A program made the translations under genes and the position numbers. Source: an uncultured Muribaculaceae bacterium (GTDB taxonomy: Bacteria > Bacteroidota > Bacteroidia > Bacteroidales > Muribaculaceae). From it: DNA of 64,000 nucleotides. Positions within the stretch are counted from its first letter, which is position 1. Every line of letters starts with the position of its first letter. Under the pieces are notes generated by a model, which had not been told where the DNA came from, did not search any database, and worked only from the letters and a program-made list of their open reading frames with translations. Where the stretch lies: assembly GCA_910579605.1 (NCBI GenBank), contig CAJTUG010000001.1:12577-76576 (forward strand), read 5' to 3'. Of the stretch, positions 20,044 to 27,953 are shown one piece after another.

Positions 20044-20700
20044 CTATTCTGTCCCTAATAAGTCAAAAATCTGCCCGGGCGTCGATACGATGTGGTCTGC
20101 GTAATTTTCTTTTAGCTCCAAGATAGTGCGGAACCCCCAACTCACACCCACAGATTCAACGCATGCCCGACGTGCCGTTTCCATGTCCACTCCGGAATCG
20201 CCAACATAGAGAACCTCAGATTTCGGTGTCGGCCATATGCTCAATGCCTTGAATACTATCGAAGGGTCTGGCTTGCGTGGCATTCCTTCCTCATGCCCTA
20301 AAATTGCCTTGAAATTTGCTCCGGGGAAGAAATGATTTATCAACATCGTGGTAGCCTCTTGATACTTGTTAGATGTCACGGCAAGGTTGATACCTTTCTC
20401 GCTAAGCTTGTCAAGCAACTCCGGGATACCTGGATAAGGAACAGTCTTATCACAGCAATGAACACTGTAGTAATCAATGAAATTGCTCAGCATATCCTTG
20501 ATGTTCTTTTCGCTGCGGGCATCGTCGGGGAGTGCTCTCTCCATTAGTTTGGTCACACCGTTGCCCACCATGTTGGGGTAAACCCACAGACCGTGTGCCG
20601 GAAAACCAAGGCTGCGCAACGCATGGTTTGTAGCTTCAGCTAAATCATCGATTGTGTTGAGAAGTGTCCCGTCAAGGTCAAAGATTACATACGATTTCAT
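20044..20700 (-). CDS. HAD family hydrolase (phosphoglycolate phosphatase-like)
   Basis: IFDLDGTLLNT (DxDxT), VTSNK, YVGDSGVDMETA. Confidence 0.85.
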   Translation of the reverse strand: MKSYVIFDLDGTLLNTIDDLAEATNHALRSLGFPAHGLWVYPNMVGNGVTKLMERALPDDARSEKNIKDMLSNFIDYYSVHCCDKTVPYPGIPELLDKLSEKGINLAVTSNKYQEATTMLINHFFPGANFKAILGHEEGMPRKPDPSIVFKALSIWPTPKSEVLYVGDSGVDMETARRACVESVGVSWGFRTILELKENYADHIVSTPGQIFDLLGTE

Positions 20701-20714
20701 TGGTTGTTAGGGTT

Positions 20715-23093
20715 TTAGAATGGGTAACCGACAGCAAAATGGAAATTTGCGTCGCGGCTCCATTTAGGGTGGATGATAGGCCAACGTTCCTGGTTCATGG
20801 CCGGATTATGAGCTTTCATGCCAAGGTCAAGTCGCAAAAGGAAATATGTAAAATCCAGACGCAGACCTATCCCGTAGGATGCGGCTATTTCTTTATAGAA
20901 CTTATCAAATTTAAACATCCCGCCGGGTTGGGTAGGATAATCCTTTATAGTCCAGATATTTCCTGCATCTATAAACAAGGCACCCTCCAGAACCCAAAAC
21001 AGACGGGCGCGGTACTCCAGAGACAAATCAAGGCGGATATCACCGCATTGGTTTATAAAGTCTGTTACCGAATTTTTCGAATCATAGCTCCCTGGCCCCA
21101 ACGTGCGTACACCCCACCCGCGCACTCCATTGGCTCCTCCGGCATAAAAACGCTTTTCAAAAGGAACCATGCTGCTGTTGCCATATGGATAAGCCAAACC
21201 GAAACCAACATGGCCCGACAACGAGCTGCGCCCCGTGAAAATACGGGTATAAGTGTAATCCATATCACCCTTGACGTATTGGGCATACTGGATACCGAGA
21301 ACTTTATATACCCCGTCCGATTTTTTCTGTCCAATTGCCGACGATATGGCATACAGCAAGTTGCCGGCAATTTCGGTAGAGACTCGGAAACTCGACACCG
21401 ACGGCTGGAGCATCGGCTTTCCTACGGTTGCTCCTGGAAGACGGCGGTTGGTGTGGGAGTAAGTATAGCCCATACGCATGATAAAATGATCCTCATAGCT
21501 ATAGCGCAGCAACGGATTGGATGGGGCTATCTGGTCGATAAACGACAATGTGCTTTTTGGAAGCCTCACATAGTTGATGTCAACCAAATCAAAGGTGTAG
21601 CGGCGGGAAAAATCCTGCCGTTGCTGCTGCCATTTCCATCTCCACGCCGCTCCGGCTATGATTCGGGTATATTCCGGTCGCTCTTGGTAATTGAACGAAA
21701 GGGCAAATTCGGTCGACGCAAGACGTCGCTGTTTGAACCCCTTGGACAGGAACGGACACTCGAACTTGGGAAATGTTATGCCTACCTCCCCGGCATATTC
21801 GGTATAACGTTTGTTGATAAGCCCTTCAAAATTACCCGACAAACTTTCGTAAGACGCCCTGAATTTAGCAGTCAGAAGTTCTGAATTCTTTGTCAGATTG
21901 CGGTGCTGATAGGTGAGGCCGGCGCCGAACCCCAAGTCTCCTTCGGAGTTTGTGCCTTCGAGTTCAACGGATATGCTTTGTTTCTTGTTTCGCGAAAGGT
22001 GGATAACGGCATCTAAAAGTCCCGTATCGCCTGTATGACCCGCCGGAACCATCTCTATGTTGATGAATTTGACTATCGCAAGGCGACCCAAAGCCTCATA
22101 TGTGCGGTCCACAGCTGTTGAGCTATAAGGTGATCCGGCATTTATATGGCACATCTCATCCAACAGCCCTGGACGTAGATAATGGTCTTTGCCATAGAGA
22201 AACATAGTGCCGTTATACATCACAGTATCAGCCTTTTCGCCGCTGTTGCCAGATTCAACATCAAAAATCACACGGTTTATCTCATATCTGTGGTGAAGAC
22301 CGTTCTCAAGCAACAGACTGTCGGCCATTGCCAAAGCCAGCTCCTCCAAGTTGCCTTTTGAAACACTGAGCTTATTGGCCACCGGGTTATGTATATTCAC
22401 CGTAAGCCCTATTTCCTTGCTGCCGGCAACTGTATCGGCGGTGAAATTTATATACTCACGGTTAAAACGGTAGTAGCCGGCATTGCGTAAATCGCGAGTT
22501 ATACGGGCACGTTCTTCGTCAAGAATATTGCGGTCAAACAGCATCCCTTGCTCAAGAACACTGCGGTTGCGCCCGGCAACAACTATAGAGCGTATAGCCG
22601 TGTCGGCAACATTGTAGCCTATCGACCTTATGCGGTGAGGCTCTCCGGCTTTGATATGGAATTCCAGATCCATACGCTTACCCGCCGCATCGGGAAAACT
22701 GTCAAGCTCCACCACTGCATCCATGTACCCGTTGTTTACCAAAGCCTGAAGGAGCTGGTTGCGCGAAGCTTCGGCAAGCTCGCTGTCGTAGATCACAGGA
22801 GCCTGACCCGCTCGGCGCAGCCATCGGTTATACCAACGGGTACTGTCGCGGCCAGATAGACTGTAGGTAGCCAACGACAGTTTGGCAAATCCAAGAACTT
22901 TGTGGTTGGGTGTCTGGCGCAAAAAATTATACAACTCGGCACGGTCTACCTCTGCACCGTCTTCAATGCTTATGCTCACATCATCAAGAAGATACTCGCC
23001 TTCTGGTATATGTTTGGTTGCGCTACATGCCCATAGCAGCAGCACGGCCAAAACACTACCTAATATTCGCAAAGTCTTGGTGCAGTTGGTCAT
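20715..23093 (-). CDS. BamA/TamA family outer membrane protein
   Basis: POTRA-like N-terminal part plus a surface-antigen barrel ending HFAVGYPF. Start set at MTNCTKTLRILGSVLAVLLLWAC (lipobox), which removes the overlap with rsgA. Confidence 0.8.
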   Translation of the reverse strand: MTNCTKTLRILGSVLAVLLLWACSATKHIPEGEYLLDDVSISIEDGAEVDRAELYNFLRQTPNHKVLGFAKLSLATYSLSGRDSTRWYNRWLRRAGQAPVIYDSELAEASRNQLLQALVNNGYMDAVVELDSFPDAAGKRMDLEFHIKAGEPHRIRSIGYNVADTAIRSIVVAGRNRSVLEQGMLFDRNILDEERARITRDLRNAGYYRFNREYINFTADTVAGSKEIGLTVNIHNPVANKLSVSKGNLEELALAMADSLLLENGLHHRYEINRVIFDVESGNSGEKADTVMYNGTMFLYGKDHYLRPGLLDEMCHINAGSPYSSTAVDRTYEALGRLAIVKFINIEMVPAGHTGDTGLLDAVIHLSRNKKQSISVELEGTNSEGDLGFGAGLTYQHRNLTKNSELLTAKFRASYESLSGNFEGLINKRYTEYAGEVGITFPKFECPFLSKGFKQRRLASTEFALSFNYQERPEYTRIIAGAAWRWKWQQQRQDFSRRYTFDLVDINYVRLPKSTLSFIDQIAPSNPLLRYSYEDHFIMRMGYTYSHTNRRLPGATVGKPMLQPSVSSFRVSTEIAGNLLYAISSAIGQKKSDGVYKVLGIQYAQYVKGDMDYTYTRIFTGRSSLSGHVGFGLAYPYGNSSMVPFEKRFYAGGANGVRGWGVRTLGPGSYDSKNSVTDFINQCGDIRLDLSLEYRARLFWVLEGALFIDAGNIWTIKDYPTQPGGMFKFDKFYKEIAASYGIGLRLDFTYFLLRLDLGMKAHNPAMNQERWPIIHPKWSRDANFHFAVGYPF

Positions 23094-23103
23094 CACCTCC
23101 GTA

Positions 23104-24042
23104 TTACCTGTATTTTTCTCCTGGCTTTTCCGATTCTTCAAGGACACTCAGATATGAGTTATAGCGGCTTTGGGCTATTTCATGCCGTTCTAAAGCCTCT
23201 CGCACCGCACAGCCAGGCTCGTGGGTATGCGTACAATTGCCGAAACGGCAGTCTTTAGACAATCTGAATAATTCCGGGAAATAATGGTCAACCTCGTCGC
23301 GCTGGAATTCCACTGTGCCGAAACCGCGCACTCCGGGCGTATCGATTATCCTGCCGCCATCGGGAAGACTGAACATCTCCGAAAAAGTCGTCGTATGCAT
23401 TCCTGTATCGTGTGCCGCGGAAATTTCTCCCGTTTTCAAATCAAGACCAGGCACAAGACCGTTTATAAGCGTACTCTTACCCACTCCGGAATTTCCCGAA
23501 AGCAAAGTCGTCTTGTCTTTCAATGCTTGACGCAGTAGCTCCATGTTTTCACCTGTAGCTGCCGAAACGGCCAAAACCTCATAGCCGATGCTCCCGTAGA
23601 GATACATCACCGCATCAAGCAATTCGCGGTCTTCTTCGTCGGTGAGCAAGTCTATTTTATTTATAACTATCATGGCAGGAACGTTATACGCTTGTGCTGT
23701 AGCTAAAAAACGGTCTATGAAAGTCGTAGATGTGCTCGGGTGTGCCAACGTAACGACAAGCATGGCGCAGTCTATATTGGCAGCTATTATAGAAACGGCT
23801 TTAGACAAGTTTATGCTCCGGCGCACTATATAGTTGCGGCGGTCGTCGATTGCCGTGATGTAGGCAACGCCGTCGGGGCCTGGCGTACCTATTGTAACGG
23901 TGTCGCCAACGGCTACAGGATTGGTTGTCCGGATGCCTTTGATGCGGAAATTACCTTTGATTTTGGCTTGGACCTCACCGTTTTCAGTGAGTATCGTGAA
24001 TAAAGCCCCGGTGCTGCGTGTAACTAAACCTTTCATAGCCAT
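23104..24042 (-). CDS. rsgA: ribosome small subunit-dependent GTPase A
   Basis: NKIDL, GNSGVGKSTLIN, zinc cluster CRFGNCTHTHEPGCAV. Confidence 0.9.
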   Translation of the reverse strand: MAMKGLVTRSTGALFTILTENGEVQAKIKGNFRIKGIRTTNPVAVGDTVTIGTPGPDGVAYITAIDDRRNYIVRRSINLSKAVSIIAANIDCAMLVVTLAHPSTSTTFIDRFLATAQAYNVPAMIVINKIDLLTDEEDRELLDAVMYLYGSIGYEVLAVSAATGENMELLRQALKDKTTLLSGNSGVGKSTLINGLVPGLDLKTGEISAAHDTGMHTTTFSEMFSLPDGGRIIDTPGVRGFGTVEFQRDEVDHYFPELFRLSKDCRFGNCTHTHEPGCAVREALERHEIAQSRYNSYLSVLEESEKPGEKYR

Positions 24043-24594
24043 CTATTCAAATTTTTCTGCCTCTGCAAAAGTTTTACCATCCAAATCTTTGGCCGACAGC
24101 ATAAAATGGCCGACAGCCTCTTTGGGCCATTTTATGCCCAAAGAAGAATCGTCGTAGCGTATGCACGCTTCTGAAGAGTGGTTGTAATAATTATCTACTT
24201 TATATTGGAACCGAGCTTGTTCCGACAAGACTACAAATCCATGGGCAAACCCACGGGGAACAAAAAGTTGGCGTCCGCTGTCTGAATCAAGCTCTATTGC
24301 CAAATGGCGGCCGAATGTAGCTGAGCCGCGGCGTAGATCTACGACAACGTCTAATATTCTACCCTCGGATACTCTGACGAGTTTTGCTTGGGCATACTCG
24401 CCTCTTTGGTAGTGTAATCCGCGAAGTACCCCACGGCTTGAAAATGATTCGTTTTCCTGTACGAAATCTACTTTGCCTACATGCTCTTCAAATTCATTTT
24501 GCCGGAAAGTCTCGCAAAAATAACCACGAGAATCGCCATGGCGAACAGGATCTATGATCCACACTCCTTTAAGCTCGGTTTCTGTAAAGGTCAT
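24043..24594 (-). CDS. rfbC: dTDP-4-dehydrorhamnose 3,5-epimerase
   Basis: DSRGYFCETF, RGLHYQ, FVPRGFAHGF. Confidence 0.9.
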   Translation of the reverse strand: MTFTETELKGVWIIDPVRHGDSRGYFCETFRQNEFEEHVGKVDFVQENESFSSRGVLRGLHYQRGEYAQAKLVRVSEGRILDVVVDLRRGSATFGRHLAIELDSDSGRQLFVPRGFAHGFVVLSEQARFQYKVDNYYNHSSEACIRYDDSSLGIKWPKEAVGHFMLSAKDLDGKTFAEAEKFE

Positions 24595-25127
24595 TCTGCC
24601 GTTTCTTCTGGATTTTCGCTATACCACTTTGAATACATCAAGTAGTTGTGGGCTATTTTGATATTCATTTCGCGGCTTTGAGCCGGATCTACCATCTTGA
24701 TGAATTTTGCCGGTGCGCCGCCCCATAGCTCGTTAGGACCTATTTTTGTTCGAGACAATACCACGGAGCCGGCAGCAACAATGGCACCGCTGCCAACCTC
24801 GGCATCGTCCATTACAACGGCACCCATGCCAACGAGCGCGAAATCATGGATTTTCGCACCGTGGATCGTCACATTATGACCTATTGATACGTCGTCGCCT
24901 ATTTCTATTGTGGATTTTTGGTATAGAGTGTGCAAAACGCTGCCGTCTTGGATATTGACTCTATTGCCTATGGTTATTGTATTGACGTCTCCGCGCAAAA
25001 CAGTATTGAACCATATGCTGCATTCGTCGCCCATAGTAACGTCGCCAATGATAGAAGCGTTTTCTGCAAGAAAACAATCGCGGCCAAATTTGGGCGTAAA
25101 ACCGCGTAGGGGTATGATTAGTGCCAT
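24591..25127 (-). CDS. gamma carbonic anhydrase family protein (left-handed beta-helix)
   Basis: Hexapeptide repeats and the typical YrdA/PaaY-like layout. ATGA overlap with rfbC. Confidence 0.85.
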   Translation of the reverse strand: MALIIPLRGFTPKFGRDCFLAENASIIGDVTMGDECSIWFNTVLRGDVNTITIGNRVNIQDGSVLHTLYQKSTIEIGDDVSIGHNVTIHGAKIHDFALVGMGAVVMDDAEVGSGAIVAAGSVVLSRTKIGPNELWGGAPAKFIKMVDPAQSREMNIKIAHNYLMYSKWYSENPEETAE

Positions 25128-25131
25128 CTGT

Positions 25132-26925
25132 TTATCGTGTTAACGGTTGGGTATGTTCTTTGAGCCATGTCTTGAGATTGTCGTCGTCCAATAAAGGCAT
25201 GATGCGGTCTGCAACCATGGCATGATAATTATTGAGCCATGAAATTTCCTCATCGCTCATTATTTCGGTGTCGAAGAGCTGGAGGTCGAATGGACACAAT
25301 GTCAAAGTCTCGAATTTGAGGAATGTGCCGAATTCGTTCTCGAGAGCTTTCTGGCAGAGCACGAGATTCTCGCAGCGGATTCCATGGACGTTTTCTCGGT
25401 AAAGCCCAGGCTCGTTAGAGGTTATCATACCTGCCTGCAAGGGCGTGTCTACATAGTTCAGACGTATGCTCTGAGGCCCTTCGTGAACGCCTAAGAAATG
25501 TCCGACACCATGACCTGTGCCGTGGAGATAGCTCAAACCGTTGCGCCAAAGGTATTGGCGAGCTATGGCATCAAGTTGGGCTCCGCGGGTATCGTCGGGA
25601 AACATCATTGTGGCAAGTGCTATATGACCTTTCATCACAAGGGTGAAATCTCGCTTCTCTTCTGCTGTGGCTTTGCCAAGGCAGATTGTACGGGTTATGT
25701 CGGTTGTGCCGTCAAGATACTGTGCGCCGGAATCGACAAGCAAGAGACCCTCCGCCTTGAGGTGCGAATTGCTTTCGCTGTCGGCTTCGTAGTGTACTAT
25801 AGCACCATGAGGACCATATCCTGCAATAGTGCCGAAGCTCTCGTCTTTATAGTGCTCGCCGGCAGAGCGGTGGCGGTGTAGTATCTCGGCAACATCCATC
25901 TCTGTGGTTTCAGTTCCCGAAGCAATACGCTGCTCAAGCTCGTAGAATGATTTTACGAGAGCAACCCCGTCGCGCTCCATAGCTTTGCGGATTCCCGATA
26001 TCTGAATATCGTTTTTGCAAGATTTGAACAACGCTGCCGGCCCAAACGATACTGGCACGGCGCGGTTACCCAAGATATCCATAATGCCGCCTGAAGTATG
26101 TGATGGCTCTACGAGTACTTTCAAACCTTCGGGTAGCGAGCCAAGGGCTGCTTGGACATCTTTGTATGGGCGAGTTACAACACCTTGCGACTGAAGGTAG
26201 CTGCGGAGGTCGTCGGTGAGTTTGCTGTCGTCTACATACAGAATATTGTCGCCCTCACAGAGGAAAAGAAACGAGGTGGCCACTGGGGTGTGCTTAACGT
26301 CATCACACCGTATATTCAATGTCCATGCAATATCGTCGAGAGCTGATATAAAACAAGCTCCTGCTCCTTTTTCTGCTGAGAATGCCAGAATTTTAGATAT
26401 TTTGTTGCGGGCAGACTCACCGGAATATTTTTCGTCGTGAACATATATCTTGCCGTCGGGCAGAGCGGGGCGGTCTTTCCACATCCCGCCTACAGGATCA
26501 TAGTGACAATCTATGCTTATTCCCTTGGGCTCAAGCACGTCTTTGAGACCTTGTAGACGACCTGCAGAGAAAAGCATGCCGTCAAGACCGAGGCGCTGTC
26601 CCTTGGAAAGATGATTGGCAAGATATTGCTCTATTGATGGTGTTGATACAAGGCCGTCTTTCATCAATTCTACCCCGGTGTCGGCAAGCTGACGCCCGGC
26701 TTGAAGGAAATAGCGTGAATCGGTCCAGAGAAAAGCGCCGTCTTTAGTGACAACAAGGTCACCGGCCGATCCGGTAAAACCTGTGAACCAACGCCTTACT
26801 TGCCAATATGGTGCAAGATACTCGCTCAAATGTGCATCGGCTTGAGGTATGATAACTGCGGCCAAGCCTTCTGATTCCATTTTTTTGCGGAGTGCTTCTA
26901 TCCGCTCGCTATATATATTTCCCAT
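25132..26925 (-). CDS. aminopeptidase P family protein (M24B Xaa-Pro aminopeptidase)
   Basis: Creatinase-like N-domains plus HGTGHGVGHFLGVHE, NEPGLY. Confidence 0.9.
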   Translation of the reverse strand: MGNIYSERIEALRKKMESEGLAAVIIPQADAHLSEYLAPYWQVRRWFTGFTGSAGDLVVTKDGAFLWTDSRYFLQAGRQLADTGVELMKDGLVSTPSIEQYLANHLSKGQRLGLDGMLFSAGRLQGLKDVLEPKGISIDCHYDPVGGMWKDRPALPDGKIYVHDEKYSGESARNKISKILAFSAEKGAGACFISALDDIAWTLNIRCDDVKHTPVATSFLFLCEGDNILYVDDSKLTDDLRSYLQSQGVVTRPYKDVQAALGSLPEGLKVLVEPSHTSGGIMDILGNRAVPVSFGPAALFKSCKNDIQISGIRKAMERDGVALVKSFYELEQRIASGTETTEMDVAEILHRHRSAGEHYKDESFGTIAGYGPHGAIVHYEADSESNSHLKAEGLLLVDSGAQYLDGTTDITRTICLGKATAEEKRDFTLVMKGHIALATMMFPDDTRGAQLDAIARQYLWRNGLSYLHGTGHGVGHFLGVHEGPQSIRLNYVDTPLQAGMITSNEPGLYRENVHGIRCENLVLCQKALENEFGTFLKFETLTLCPFDLQLFDTEIMSDEEISWLNNYHAMVADRIMPLLDDDNLKTWLKEHTQPLTR

Positions 26926-26963
26926 TTCGTTTGGTTTTTTTAATTATCGTCTTGTATGATATT

Positions 26964-27335
26964 TCACCGGTAAGTTCTGAGCGATGGCTCGAAAGCATTG
27001 GGGATATGCTCGAGTATATAATCATCGGGTTTGCCACTTATGCCGAAAAGATCAAACTGCACCTCAAGAGGAGTATCAGTAAGCTTGACGTAAGCTTCGG
27101 CAGCTCTTACTATATTGCCTATCTTGCGGTTGTCTACGGCTTCGAATGGATCCTCGTCTTTGTCGCTTCGGGTTTTGACTTCTGCTACGACAAGCTTTTG
27201 GCCCCGAGATGCAATAATATCTATTTCAAGATGTCCCATCCTCCAGTTGCGCTCAACTATGGCGTAACCCAACGATATAAGATGCTCGCATGCTATCTCC
27301 TCGCCCCAAGTGCCTGTGTCGTTGTGCTTTGCCAT
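26964..27335 (-). CDS. YraN family endonuclease-like protein (UPF0102)
   Basis: GEEIACEHLISLGYAIVERNWR..EIDIIA..LVVAEVKTR. Confidence 0.85.
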   Translation of the reverse strand: MAKHNDTGTWGEEIACEHLISLGYAIVERNWRMGHLEIDIIASRGQKLVVAEVKTRSDKDEDPFEAVDNRKIGNIVRAAEAYVKLTDTPLEVQFDLFGISGKPDDYILEHIPNAFEPSLRTYR

Positions 27336-27367
27336 ATATCTGTATTGCCCATGTATATATCTTCATG

Positions 27368-27375
27368 CAAAAATA
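27368..27375 (-). promoter_or_regulatory. -7 box (TATTTTTG) for the yraN-headed operon
   Basis: The plus strand reads caaaaata, about 33 nt upstream of the yraN ATG. Confidence 0.45.
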
Positions 27376-27504
27376 GCTATTTTCTATGGGATTTCATCCA
27401 AGTTTCACTATTTTTTGCTTTTAGCACTCTAAACATTAACTCGCCTCTGTTTGTTTCTTATGTCAAAACGTATTTTTTGAAATTCTAATAAAAAACTCTC
27501 TATT

Positions 27505-27885
27505 ATGGATATAAATCATGATGCTGCCGCGCAAGCTGCTGCAAAAATAAGCCAAGATGCCGCCCAGGTTTCTGCCACGGCCGCTAAAGTTGCCGTCGAA
27601 CAAAAAACTCAAGCTGTAGAAGCCGAAGCTCGTCAAGAAAGTGAATCTCTTGCCGACAAAGCAGCAGCTGTAAAAGATAATGTAGTAAGTAAAATTCAGG
27701 AAACTGTAGCAAACCAGCAAGAAGATCCCGATTCTTTCCTCAATCAAGCGAAAGATCAGGTGGGTAATGCCGCCGAGTCTGTTAAAAGCGGTGCCGCTAC
27801 TCTAATGGATAAAGGCGGTACTCTTCTGGAGAACCTTGCCGAAAAGGCTCACGATCTTGCCGACAAACTTGGACATAAAAGTTGA
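27505..27885 (+). CDS. hypothetical Ala/Lys/Glu-rich helical protein (LEA/YtxH-like composition)
   Basis: 126 aa low-complexity amphipathic sequence (AAQAAAKISQDAAQVSATAAKVAVEQKTQAVEAEA). An isolated plus-strand gene followed by a strong terminator. Confidence 0.5.
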   Translation: MDINHDAAAQAAAKISQDAAQVSATAAKVAVEQKTQAVEAEARQESESLADKAAAVKDNVVSKIQETVANQQEDPDSFLNQAKDQVGNAAESVKSGAATLMDKGGTLLENLAEKAHDLADKLGHKS

Positions 27886-27903
27886 TTGGCAAAATAATAA
27901 AAT

Positions 27904-27937
27904 AACAAAAGCCGGACCATCAGGCCCGGCTTTTGTT
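27904..27937. terminator. bidirectional terminator hairpin between the Ala-rich gene and secDF
   Basis: AACAAAAGCCGG - 10 nt loop - CCGGCTTTTGTT; perfect 12-bp stem including A/T runs. Confidence 0.8.
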
Positions 27938-27953
27938 ATTTAGCCAGCTTTTA

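Noticed and set aside
20664-21884. 406-aa plus-strand ORF.
   Set aside because: It is antisense to the BamA/TamA-family gene, whose barrel motifs read cleanly on the minus strand. The composition is typical of a shadow frame.
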